Part shown: positions 10,888 through 20,392 of the stretch, in pieces | How the letters are laid out: the number at the start of each line of letters is the position of its first letter | How positions within the stretch are numbered: position 1 is the first letter of the stretch | Program-made: the position numbers and the translations under genes | The notes under the pieces: generated by a model | What the model was told of the DNA's origin: nothing | Seen by the model: only the letters and a program-made list of their open reading frames with translations | The model's database searches: none | Assembly: GCA_017548525.1 (NCBI GenBank) | Contig: JAFYZV010000230.1 | Location: 2,981-66,980 of the forward strand | Length of the DNA stretch: 64,000 bases | Direction of reading: 5' to 3' | From: Prevotella sp. | Lineage (GTDB): Bacteria > Bacteroidota > Bacteroidia > Bacteroidales > Bacteroidaceae

Positions 10888-11493
10888 TCATGCTTCTTCT
10901 TCATCATCCTCGTCTGCCGCAGCCATGAGTTGAGTTATTTGGTCGGGAGTGAAGTATTCGCCGAGTTGCTCCTCGATGAATCCTGCACGCTGGGCAGCGG
11001 CAGAACCTTTCATCATCTTGATGACTTGGATAATGATTTGCAAGATGCTACCCATACCGCCAGAACTTGAGCCCGAATTGCCAAGGCCAAGACCAAGCTT
11101 GCCGAGGATGTCGCCGATGTCGATGGTCTGTGTGGTAGGTGCTTGTGTCTCAACTTCTTCTTCCTCTTTTTTGGTTGGAATAGCGCCTCCGCCTACAATA
11201 ATCTTCTTAAAGATTTCGCCTAAGTCAATGCCTCCCATGGAAGGGATGCCAGTCTCTACCTCTTCCTCTTCGGTGTAGGATTTAGTGGTTCCTTTGTTGC
11301 GACCGCTGGCGATATCGTCAAGGTCGTCTCCAATGTCAAATGGATTATTACTGTTGCCAGCCTTGGGAATATTGATTTCGTTTCCCATGGTTTCTTCTTG
11401 TTGGTTGGCATCTGCCTGTTCTGCTGGATTGCCAAAGATGGAGCCGTTTCCTCCTAATACTCCTTTGAGGATTTCTTCAAATAGATTACCCAT
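10888..11493 (-). CDS. Hypothetical acidic, Gly-rich low-complexity protein
   Basis: 201-aa ORF with ATG in an A-rich context and upstream TATATTTG; repeated EEEEVET and DLGEIF/DIGDIL segments. Confidence 0.7.
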   Translation of the reverse strand: MGNLFEEILKGVLGGNGSIFGNPAEQADANQQEETMGNEINIPKAGNSNNPFDIGDDLDDIASGRNKGTTKSYTEEEEVETGIPSMGGIDLGEIFKKIIVGGGAIPTKKEEEEVETQAPTTQTIDIGDILGKLGLGLGNSGSSSGGMGSILQIIIQVIKMMKGSAAAQRAGFIEEQLGEYFTPDQITQLMAAADEDDEEEA

Positions 11494-11654
11494 ATTGTTC
11501 GTTTTTAGTTAATAGATGATATTTGGTTACAAATATAAAACATATTTTTCATTATTCATGGTTTCAAGCCAAAAAAATGTCGAAATCATTATAAAGGTTT
11601 GTGTTTTTGCGAAAAAGTGATTAACTTTGTGCGTTTTTTGTGACAAGGCAATTG

Positions 11655-12128
11655 ATGATGGAAAAGCGGGTGAGGGATGAAGTAAAACAGATTCTTATGT
11701 CATATCTTGAGACGAACAAACGTCGCAAGACCCCTGAACGCTTTGCCATCCTCGATGCCATTTACAGTATGCGCGGCCATTTCACGATTGAGCAGTTGAG
11801 TGATTACCTTGACGGGCATCATTTCCATGTGAGCAGGGCAACCTTGTACAATTCCATCAAGCTTTTCTATGAGTTGCGCCTCGTCATTCCCCATCATCTG
11901 CAAGAGGGGACGATGTATGAGGCTTGCTATGTCAATGGTGACCATATCCACCAGATTTGTACGGTGTGTGGCAAGGTGACGGAGGTGAAATCGCCCACAT
12001 TGATGGCTGCCATTGAGGAGACTAAGCTGAAGCGTTTTCGCAAGAATGCCTATTCGCTAAATATTTATGGGATATGCAGTACATGCCAAGCGAAGATTAC
12101 CCGCATGAAGGGCAAGGCGCACAAATAA
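11655..12128 (+). CDS. fur: Fur-family transcriptional regulator
   Basis: RKTPERFAIL, HFT, VSRATLYN, HIHQICTVCG and GICSTC; conserved fur-purA-hisS order; promoter TTTG-N20-TAACTTTG ends at 11629. Confidence 0.85.
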   Translation: MMEKRVRDEVKQILMSYLETNKRRKTPERFAILDAIYSMRGHFTIEQLSDYLDGHHFHVSRATLYNSIKLFYELRLVIPHHLQEGTMYEACYVNGDHIHQICTVCGKVTEVKSPTLMAAIEETKLKRFRKNAYSLNIYGICSTCQAKITRMKGKAHK

Positions 12129-12152
12129 CAGAAACGATTAAATCAAGATAGA

Positions 12153-13427
12153 ATGAAAACAGGTAAAGTGGATGTCTTGCTGGGATTACAGTGGGGCGAT
12201 GAAGGTAAGGGAAAGGTTGTTGATGTGTTGACACCTCATTACGATGTGGTGGCTCGATTCCAAGGCGGTCCCAATGCTGGGCATACGTTGGAGTTTGAAG
12301 GTCAGAAATATGTACTCAGGAGCATTCCTTCGGGCATCTTCCAGGGAGGCAAGGTGAATATTATCGGCAATGGCGTGGTGTTGGCACCAGACTTGTTCAT
12401 GTCGGAGGCTCGCGACTTGGAGAGGAGCGGCCACGACTTGCATTCACGTTTGCACATATCGAAGAAAGCCCATTTGATTATGCCTACCCATCGTGTACTC
12501 GATGCGGCGTTGGAAGCGGCGAAAGGAAAGAGCAAGGTGGGTACCACAGGCAAGGGCATTGGTCCTACCTATACAGACAAGATTAGTCGAAATGGATTGA
12601 GGGTGGGGGATATTCTCGAAAACTTCGAGGAGAAATACGCTGCCCACAAGGCTCGCCATCTTGCTATGTTAAAGTCGATGAACTACACCGACTTTGACAT
12701 TGACGATGTGGAAAAGACTTGGATGGAAGGTATTGAATACATGAAACAGTTCCCTATCGTGGATAGTGAGCATGAGGTGAATGGCTTTTTGCGTGAAGGA
12801 AAGAGTATTCTTTGCGAGGGCGCACAAGGCACGATGTTGGATATTGACTTTGGTAGTTATCCCTTTGTCACCTCTTCCAATACCATCTGTGCAGGGGCTT
12901 GCACGGGATTGGGCATTGGTCCGAATCGTATCGGAGAAGTCTTTGGTATCATGAAAGCCTATTGTACACGTGTAGGAGCAGGACCATTCCCCACAGAACT
13001 GTTTGATGAGACAGGCAAGCGCATCCGCGACCTTGGTCATGAATATGGTGCTGTGACAGGGCGTGAACGTCGTTGTGGATGGATTGACCTTGTGGCGTTG
13101 CGCTATTCTATTATGGTGAACGGTGTTACCCAACTCATTATGATGAAGAGCGACGTTTTGGATGGTTTCGACATCATCAAGGCTTGTGTGGCATACGAGC
13201 ATCAAGGAAAGCAAATCGACTATTTCCCCTATAACATCGAGAACGACATCAAGCCCGTTTATGTGGAATTGCCTGGATGGAAGACCGATATGACGAAGAT
13301 GACGAGTGAGGATGAATTCCCCCAGGCATTCAATGAATACGTGAAATTCCTTGAGGCGCAATTGGAGACACCCATCAAGATTATCTCCATCGGTCCTGAC
13401 CGCGAACAAACGATTATTAGAAAATAA
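12153..13427 (+). CDS. purA: Adenylosuccinate synthetase
   Basis: QWGDEGKGK, QGGPNAGHT, GTTGKGIGPTY, EGAQG and TGRERRCGW. Confidence 0.99.
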   Translation: MKTGKVDVLLGLQWGDEGKGKVVDVLTPHYDVVARFQGGPNAGHTLEFEGQKYVLRSIPSGIFQGGKVNIIGNGVVLAPDLFMSEARDLERSGHDLHSRLHISKKAHLIMPTHRVLDAALEAAKGKSKVGTTGKGIGPTYTDKISRNGLRVGDILENFEEKYAAHKARHLAMLKSMNYTDFDIDDVEKTWMEGIEYMKQFPIVDSEHEVNGFLREGKSILCEGAQGTMLDIDFGSYPFVTSSNTICAGACTGLGIGPNRIGEVFGIMKAYCTRVGAGPFPTELFDETGKRIRDLGHEYGAVTGRERRCGWIDLVALRYSIMVNGVTQLIMMKSDVLDGFDIIKACVAYEHQGKQIDYFPYNIENDIKPVYVELPGWKTDMTKMTSEDEFPQAFNEYVKFLEAQLETPIKIISIGPDREQTIIRK

Positions 13428-13470
13428 GATAATCTGACTATCCCGATTATTCCGAAAACAATAAAAGCAA

Positions 13471-14835
13471 ATGGCAAACAAACCAAGCATCCCAAAAGGA
13501 ACAAGAGACTTTTCGCCGATAGAGATGGCGAAACGCAATTATATATTCGACACCATCAAAGAAGTTTATGCTCTCTATGGCTTTGAGCAAATAGAAACTC
13601 CTGCCATGGAAACCTTGCATACGTTGATGGGTAAATATGGGGAGGAAGGCGACAAACTCCTTTTCAAGGTTCTCAATTCTGGCGATTACATGAGCAAGGT
13701 AACCGATGGTGAATGGCAAGAACGCAACCCGTTGAAACTCGCAACCAAATTATGCGAGAAAGGCTTGCGCTATGATCTTACCGTACCTTTTGCCCGTTAC
13801 GTGGTGATGCACCGCGAAGAATTGCAATTGCCTTTCAAGCGTTACCAAATACAACCTGTTTGGAGAGCCGACCGCCCACAGAAGGGTCGTTATCGTGAAT
13901 TCTATCAATGTGATGCAGATGTGGTGGGTAGTGACTCATTGCTCAACGAAGTGGAGTTGATGCAAATTATCGATACGGTGTTCACCAAGTTTGGCATTCG
14001 CGTACAAATCAAGATTAACAATCGCAAGATTCTTACAGGTATAGCAGAGGTGATTGGCGAAGCAGATAAAATTGTGGACATCACCGTCGCCATTGACAAG
14101 TTGGATAAGATTGGTATTGACAACGTGAATGCGGAATTGAGCGCCAATGGAATCAGGGAGGAGGCAATTGCCAAGTTGCAACCTATCATTTCATTGAGTG
14201 GAACCAACGAACAAAAGTTAGATACTATCGCTGAAGTGTTGGCTTCGTCTGAGATTGGATTGAAGGGCGTGGAGGAAACGCGATTCATCCTCCAGACATT
14301 GGAAAAGGCGGGCTTGAACAATGAGATGCAATTAGACTTGACTTTGGCTCGTGGATTGAATTATTACACGGGTGCGATTTTCGAGGTGAAAGCACTTGAT
14401 ACGCCGATGGGAAGTATCACGGGTGGTGGTCGCTACGACAACCTGACGGGTATCTTCGGAATGCCGGGGTTGAGTGGGGTAGGTATTAGTTTCGGTGCCG
14501 ACCGTATTTATGACGTTCTCAACACGTTGGATTTGTACCCGAAAGAGGCTGTTCATGCCACACAGGTGTTGTTTATCAATTTCGGAGAGAAGGAGACGGC
14601 ATTCTGCATCCCCTTGGTTGCCCAATTGCGTAAGGCTGGAATCCGCACGGAAATCTATCCCGATGCCGTGAAGATGAAGAAACAAATGAGCTACGCCAAT
14701 GCCAAGGAGATTCCTTTTGTGGCATTGGTGGGCGAGAACGAGATGGCTGCTGGCAAGGTGACATTGAAGAATATGGTCACGGGTGAACAATCGCAAGTGG
14801 ATGTGAATGAATTGATAGAAAAGGTAAGTCAATGA
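13471..14835 (+). CDS. hisS: Histidine--tRNA ligase
   Basis: [33 protein letters not shown] and GGGRYD. Confidence 0.99.
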   Translation: MANKPSIPKGTRDFSPIEMAKRNYIFDTIKEVYALYGFEQIETPAMETLHTLMGKYGEEGDKLLFKVLNSGDYMSKVTDGEWQERNPLKLATKLCEKGLRYDLTVPFARYVVMHREELQLPFKRYQIQPVWRADRPQKGRYREFYQCDADVVGSDSLLNEVELMQIIDTVFTKFGIRVQIKINNRKILTGIAEVIGEADKIVDITVAIDKLDKIGIDNVNAELSANGIREEAIAKLQPIISLSGTNEQKLDTIAEVLASSEIGLKGVEETRFILQTLEKAGLNNEMQLDLTLARGLNYYTGAIFEVKALDTPMGSITGGGRYDNLTGIFGMPGLSGVGISFGADRIYDVLNTLDLYPKEAVHATQVLFINFGEKETAFCIPLVAQLRKAGIRTEIYPDAVKMKKQMSYANAKEIPFVALVGENEMAAGKVTLKNMVTGEQSQVDVNELIEKVSQ

Positions 14836-15833
14836 TGGTTGACGTTAAAAAGTATCTTTTTTTCCTTTGTGTGATGATTTTGAGCTTATTGGTGACTTCT
14901 TCCAATAAGCAAATCACGATATTCATCATTGGTGATTCTACCGCTGCCAACAAGTCGGCTTACAAGACCAATCCCGAAAGAGGGTGGGGCATGGTGTTGC
15001 AAGGATGTTTCGATTCGAAAATACTTGTTGATAACCATGCGCAAAATGGTCGCTCTTCCAAGAGTTTCATAGACGAGGGGCGATGGGATAAGGTGATGGA
15101 AAAGCTGAAACCTGGCGATTATGTCATCATCCAGTTTGGCCATAACGATGAGAAACCCAATCCACAACGTCATACAGACCCAGGCTCGACGTTTGACGAC
15201 AACCTGCGTAAGTTCTGTAAGGAGACGATGGCAAAGGGAGGACATCCCATTCTCATGAATGCCGTTGTGCGTAGAAACTTTTTGCGGAAAGTGGATAATA
15301 CCGTGGAAGATGAGTCGTTGCGTAGCGTCAAATATGGCGATGAGGAGGTCAATAGCGACACGTTGATTGACACACATGGGGCTTATCTTTTCCCTCCGAA
15401 GTATGTGGCAGAGGAATTAGGTGTGCCTTTCGTTGATGCCAACCGTATCACACACGACATCGAGCAAGGCATGGGCATTGAGGGATCACGCAAACTTCAC
15501 ATGTGGCTCAAGCCGGGCGAGGTGGCAAGCATTCCCGATGGGAGGAAAGACAACACACATTATAATATATATGGGGCGCATGTAGTGGCAAATGCCTTGG
15601 CAGACGAGATAGCCAAGCAAGTGCCAGCCCTGCGCAAGTATGTCATTCATTATGATTATGTAGTGTCAAAACTCGGCAGGGGAAATTACATGACCTTGCA
15701 AGAGGCGGTGGATGCCGCGTCCGTAGGGAAGAAAACCAAAATCTTGGTGCTTGACGGCGAGTGGGACAAGCCCACGGTTCCGAAAGGGAAGAAGGTCAGT
15801 TTCAAGACCTTCCCCAATGCCACCGTGAAGTGA
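14832..15833 (+). CDS. Rhamnogalacturonan/pectin acetylesterase (CE12, SGNH) with a short pectinesterase-like C-terminal remnant
   Basis: [22 protein letters not shown] and DNTH SGNH blocks; C-terminal [21 protein letters not shown]. Confidence 0.85.
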   Translation: MMVDVKKYLFFLCVMILSLLVTSSNKQITIFIIGDSTAANKSAYKTNPERGWGMVLQGCFDSKILVDNHAQNGRSSKSFIDEGRWDKVMEKLKPGDYVIIQFGHNDEKPNPQRHTDPGSTFDDNLRKFCKETMAKGGHPILMNAVVRRNFLRKVDNTVEDESLRSVKYGDEEVNSDTLIDTHGAYLFPPKYVAEELGVPFVDANRITHDIEQGMGIEGSRKLHMWLKPGEVASIPDGRKDNTHYNIYGAHVVANALADEIAKQVPALRKYVIHYDYVVSKLGRGNYMTLQEAVDAASVGKKTKILVLDGEWDKPTVPKGKKVSFKTFPNATVK

Positions 15834-15879
15834 TGAATCATCTGTTTATTGACAAATATCTTTCTTTGGTTGTTTAACG

Positions 15880-16023
15880 ACATCATATCGTGTACCTAAC
15901 GGCACACATCCCCCTCCATCATTATCCTCCCAGCCATTTCGAAACACCTATCGGCGTTTCTGTATGGCTGGTCATGACGTGGTGTGGGTGGAGAGCCTGC
16001 CTTTAGGTAGGCGACATGGTATG
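15880..16023. repeat. Long imperfect palindrome (~140 bp)
   Basis: Symmetric pairs gaaacacc/ggcgtttc, ccagccat/atggctgg, tacctaacggca/tgcctttaggta and catatcg/cgacatg about a centre at ~15950. Confidence 0.7.
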
Positions 16024-16140
16024 TTATATGTGCGGAGGTATGGTTTCATGTGTACGGAGGCATGGTTTCGCGGGCGTAGATGTGGTGTTTGTCGGGAACA
16101 GATATGGTATTCGTCGGGAACGGATGCGTCCTTTGTAGCC

Positions 16141-16246
16141 TTGCGGCTATAGCCAAAAAGGTTTGCGCCTATAGTCAAAAAGGTTTGCGGCTATAGTCAA
16201 AAAGGTTTGCGGCTATAGCCGAAAGGGTTTGCGCCTATAGCCAAAA
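16141..16246. repeat. 22-bp tandem repeat, ~4.8 copies
   Basis: Unit ttgcgsctatagycaaaaaggt at 16141, 16163, 16185, 16207 and 16229, with core palindrome ggctatagcc. Confidence 0.95.
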
Positions 16247-16409
16247 TAAAACAGGAAAAACCAATGCCCTATCGCAGATGTGGGCAAGAAGAACCGTTAA
16301 TATATGGGTTATTGGGTTAATAAATATTAAAATGGGGGGTAATTTTGCCAATTGTTATAATATGTGTAAATTTCGGCATTAATACAATAACCTAACAAAT
16401 ATTGAGCTT

Positions 16410-17678
16410 ATGAAAAGAATAGTTTTATTTTTCGCGACCCTGTGGCTGGGAGTCATGGGCGCGAGTGCGCAAGGCTATCGCTATGACGTGAACAACGACG
16501 GCAGCGTGAACATCTCTGATGCCATCGCGGTGGTAAACAAGATTCTCGGCAAAGACAACCCGGGCGACGTGGGGGGAGGCGGCGAGGCTGTCGATCTCGG
16601 CTTGCCCAGCGGCACTTTATGGGCAAGCTGCAACATCGGTGCGAGCAAGCCCGAGGATGCTGGAGGTTATTATGCCTGGGGAGAGACGGCGGAGAAGGAC
16701 ACATACCTTTCAGCAACCTACCAGTATTACCAGAACGGCAGCTATGTGGCTATCGGCACCGACATCAGCGGCACGGAGTACGACGTGGCGACCGCCCTGT
16801 GGGGCAGCGACTGGTGTATGCCCACCGAGGAGCAGATGCAGGAACTGATAGACGGGTGTAACTCTGAATGGACATCCCTCAACGGCGTGAACGGCAGGAA
16901 ATTCACCAGCAAAAAGAACGGCAACAGCATCTTCCTGCCCGCTGCGGGCAACAAGGTGTCCTCCGTCCTCGCCAATGTCGGCAATTATGGCTATTACCAT
17001 ACTGCCACGTTGTCCTCATCGAACCAATCGTGGAACAGGAATTTGCAAATCTCCTCCAGTACTGCCAAGATGGATAACACTTCCCGTTACGGTGGTAAGC
17101 CCGTCCGCGCCGTCCGCGCATCCCATAAGCCGAAGGCGATAGACCTTGGCTTGCCGAGCGGCACGAAGTGGGCGAGCTGTAACGTAGGAGCCTCCAAGCC
17201 TGAGGAATACGGCGAGTATTTCGCTTGGGGAGAGCTTGGGGAGAAGCAGGAATACACCACCCTGGAAAATTACCAGTTCTACGTGAATGGTTCGCATATG
17301 GATTTGGGAGCTGACATCAGCGGCACGAAATACGATGTTGCCCGCCAGAGGTGGGGCGGCAACTGGCGGATGCCGACGAAAGACGAAATCCAGGAGTTAA
17401 AAGAAAACTGCACCTACGAGTGGACCACCTACCAAGGGGTACAGGGGGGGAAGTTTACCAGCAAGAAGAACGGCAACAGCGTCTTCCTCCCCGCTGCGGG
17501 CATCGGCTGGAACAGCGAACTCCTCGGTGCTGGTGGCTGCGGTGGCTACTGGACGTCTACGCTGGACCCGTCGGACTGGAGCGGTGCCTACGGCCTGTAC
17601 TTCGACTCGGACACCGCCTACTGGAGCGACTATGGTCGCCGTGACGGTCGAAGCGTTCGCCCCGTCATCGGAAATTAG
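16410..17678 (+). CDS. Secreted protein: dockerin-like repeat plus two DLGLPSG (DUF1566/FISUMP-like, C-type-lectin-fold) domains; probable DGR target
   Basis: Signal peptide; DVNNDGSVNISD Ca-binding loop; two copies of (V/I)DLGLPSGTxWASCN(I/V)GA...FLPAAG...VRxV; visibly more GC-rich than its flanks. Confidence 0.85.
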   Translation: MKRIVLFFATLWLGVMGASAQGYRYDVNNDGSVNISDAIAVVNKILGKDNPGDVGGGGEAVDLGLPSGTLWASCNIGASKPEDAGGYYAWGETAEKDTYLSATYQYYQNGSYVAIGTDISGTEYDVATALWGSDWCMPTEEQMQELIDGCNSEWTSLNGVNGRKFTSKKNGNSIFLPAAGNKVSSVLANVGNYGYYHTATLSSSNQSWNRNLQISSSTAKMDNTSRYGGKPVRAVRASHKPKAIDLGLPSGTKWASCNVGASKPEEYGEYFAWGELGEKQEYTTLENYQFYVNGSHMDLGADISGTKYDVARQRWGGNWRMPTKDEIQELKENCTYEWTTYQGVQGGKFTSKKNGNSVFLPAAGIGWNSELLGAGGCGGYWTSTLDPSDWSGAYGLYFDSDTAYWSDYGRRDGRSVRPVIGN

Positions 17679-17726
17679 TGCATCCTTGAAATCCGAAAAA
17701 TTTCGATTTGATGGATTTCACATATT

Positions 17727-17758
17727 GCGTTGCGGCATCAAGAGCCGCAACGCTTTTT
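17727..17758 (+). terminator. GC-rich hairpin with T5 (terminator and/or DGR cis-acting stem-loop)
   Basis: gcgttgcggc-atcaaga-gccgcaacgc-ttttt. Confidence 0.75.
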
Positions 17759-17799
17759 GTCGGATAGATGATTGGTCGTGTTTTGAAGGTGCAGGCATT

Positions 17800-20304
17800 C
17801 TATTTCACCACCATTTTCTTGCCAGCAACGATGTAAATGCCTGGGTGCAATCCCGTGCGTAGGTCGAACACATTGACTTGCCTCTTCACACAACGGCCAT
17901 TCAAGTCGAAGACATCCACGAGGGTGGTCTTCTCCGCAGGGTCGGTATATGCCATCTCAATGCCATCGGGATGGTCGTCGTCAAAGTGCATGTCGTCTTC
18001 GTCATCCGTAGGAGTGCTGATAGGATATGCTTTTAGATTACTATAAATGAATTGTGCGCGTTCCAACAGCCACTTTTTCGCATGATTGGTAGAAGTTGCA
18101 TAGTCTTTTCCGTCTCCCCACATCGTAGCATTATTCAAGAATGACGGGTTTGCGTATGTATAGTATGCATCGCAATAGTCGATGAGTTCGTCCAAATGGT
18201 TATTCATGAAGTCTGTCCATACACGGTAATAGGTGCGGTCAAGGGTTCGGCTGACATACCGCAGGTCGTAGATGAACTGCTTTCCCGCCATGTTGAAGAT
18301 GCTGTTGTAATAGTCGGCGGTGGCATCGGCGGTGCAATATTGCCTGTTCGTTTCATATCCATACGCCCAATCCAAATCCCAGACGGGACCAAAGATGAAC
18401 TTACTGTTTGTTGACCCTACAACTTCCTTATAGAGGAACGTGCTCTTGGGATGTTGGAGTTCATAATTAACAATCAACTCGTTGACGAGTAGGTAACGCG
18501 CCAACATGTCAATATCCACAAACGTATAGAAGTCAAAACCGTTCTTCAGCCTTCGCATGAAGGTGTTGAAGTCTTTCTCTATCATCTCCTGGGTGATGCC
18601 CGTGGGGTCTTCGGCGAAGTTGGGGAACTTGATATTGACTGGCAAACTGTAATCGGAGGAACGAAACTTATATGTTTCATCAAAGTAAGTGTCAAGTTCA
18701 AGCAACGCCGTGCTGTCTTCATTGGCTACGTCAATGCTGTTGTTGGAGATGCCAATCTTCTCGGTGAAGTTGTAACTACCTCGATAATTACCGTTGATAT
18801 ATAGTTCCACAGGCACGATATGGTTGGCTCCAGCGGCTTCCACAAGGCAAGCCGCTTTCATGCCGATGGCGTTGCTGAGCATGGAGCCACCCTGCTTGTT
18901 TGCCAACAACACCCAGCTCTTCCCGTTGGTAAGTCCAAATGGCTTCTGTTTAGATGCAAACTTCAATCGATAAGGATTCTTATCCCATGGTTGGTTGCTC
19001 CAACTGCTGTTGCCACGCCCCTTGATTTGTACGGGAGTAGAAGGCATGTCGGGATAGACACCACCGCCGTCAATAGTGATGGTTGCATCTAAATAGTAAT
19101 CCTTACTTGATATCATTTCACCCGTATTGGTGTAAATTTCCACACGTGGAACTCTACTCGTCTCCAAGTCGGTGAGCCAATCTACATGGACACGATAGTG
19201 ACTACCATAAGGTTGCATTCCGTAACTATACTCGGCGGGCTCAATGATTTCAGGTCCATGATAGTCAGGATTCTCATCGGTACGCCATAATTGGAACTCG
19301 GCAAACACGAGATAGAGACGATGAGCAGATGCTTGTAGAAGAATGCGCAAATGACTATATTCCTGTCCTAAATCAATCACAGGACTTTTATAAGTAGCTC
19401 CCGCGTATGTGGGCAAATCGTCTGCTTCCGTAAACTCGCGAATCTGAGTCCATTGTTGTCCGTCATTAGAAGCAAAGAGCGTGAATTTCAAGGGCCAATA
19501 AGACCCTGTTGTACGTGTGACATAACTGAAACTGACACGCCGCAGACTCTCTTTCAGGGCAATGTCGAGATATGGCTCCGTGGCATAAATGATTGGTTTC
19601 TGGTCTGAGGGAACATCCCACGTACTATGATAAATCGTCGATGTGTTTCCATCAAGCATTTGTTCAAAACCTTCACCATCCTTTCCTGGCAGATTAGATG
19701 AGAATTGGTCGGCGGTAAGTGCCACCTCTGTCGTAGAGAACTGATCCACGGCATCGCTCCACACAGCCTCTTTCACCAATGTCTTCTTGAACTCTCGCCA
19801 GCCATAACGACCTACGGTGTAAATCAAATCCTTATCGAATTGATGACGATTCACCTTACTCTGTTGCCGTTGTCCATTCATATAGACACGGTCAGTCTCC
19901 TTATTGAGTTGGAATGAAGGTGTGAGCCATTTGCCAATAGCACCCACGCGAGCCGTGATAAGTGAATCACCAATGATGTCTGCCTCTACATCCGTAAATA
20001 CTTGATCATTGTATTTGTTATTAAACTTGAACGATGAGAACGACGGCATGTTTTGCGGACGATGATAGCAAATAGAATCTATACGGTCGAGATCATAACA
20101 ATAGGTTGTGTCATTGATGACGGTAATGCGCAATTGATTGTTCGCTTCCACCTGACTTTCAATATACGAAGAAGGAAACACATCAAGTCGATAGCCATTG
20201 AAATAGACATAAAGCGAGTCTCCTTCTGCTGCCATTGACAACATGGGCAACATCATTAAAATTGCCGCGAGTTGCTTTCTTATGTATAAATATATCGTTT
20301 TCAT
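17800..20304 (-). CDS. CotH kinase family protein with a discoidin/F5-8-like domain and T9SS C-terminal domain
   Basis: KGRGNSS, KNPYRLK, YRGSYNFTEKI and GPVWDLDWAYG; tail VFDLNGR...PGIYIVAGKKMVVK; start at MKTIYL with signal peptide. Confidence 0.85.
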   Translation of the reverse strand: MKTIYLYIRKQLAAILMMLPMLSMAAEGDSLYVYFNGYRLDVFPSSYIESQVEANNQLRITVINDTTYCYDLDRIDSICYHRPQNMPSFSSFKFNNKYNDQVFTDVEADIIGDSLITARVGAIGKWLTPSFQLNKETDRVYMNGQRQQSKVNRHQFDKDLIYTVGRYGWREFKKTLVKEAVWSDAVDQFSTTEVALTADQFSSNLPGKDGEGFEQMLDGNTSTIYHSTWDVPSDQKPIIYATEPYLDIALKESLRRVSFSYVTRTTGSYWPLKFTLFASNDGQQWTQIREFTEADDLPTYAGATYKSPVIDLGQEYSHLRILLQASAHRLYLVFAEFQLWRTDENPDYHGPEIIEPAEYSYGMQPYGSHYRVHVDWLTDLETSRVPRVEIYTNTGEMISSKDYYLDATITIDGGGVYPDMPSTPVQIKGRGNSSWSNQPWDKNPYRLKFASKQKPFGLTNGKSWVLLANKQGGSMLSNAIGMKAACLVEAAGANHIVPVELYINGNYRGSYNFTEKIGISNNSIDVANEDSTALLELDTYFDETYKFRSSDYSLPVNIKFPNFAEDPTGITQEMIEKDFNTFMRRLKNGFDFYTFVDIDMLARYLLVNELIVNYELQHPKSTFLYKEVVGSTNSKFIFGPVWDLDWAYGYETNRQYCTADATADYYNSIFNMAGKQFIYDLRYVSRTLDRTYYRVWTDFMNNHLDELIDYCDAYYTYANPSFLNNATMWGDGKDYATSTNHAKKWLLERAQFIYSNLKAYPISTPTDDEDDMHFDDDHPDGIEMAYTDPAEKTTLVDVFDLNGRCVKRQVNVFDLRTGLHPGIYIVAGKKMVVK

Positions 20305-20392
20305 CTTGTAAATACCATGTTTATGAACCGTAAACCATATATTTAGAATCAACAAACACCCTATTTATCTGCATCACCACTTAACTCCCTAA

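Noticed and set aside
16940-17120. First DLGLPSG domain's 3' segment as the DGR template repeat
   Set aside because: It is coding, not AAC-rich, and differs from the second copy at many non-adenine positions.
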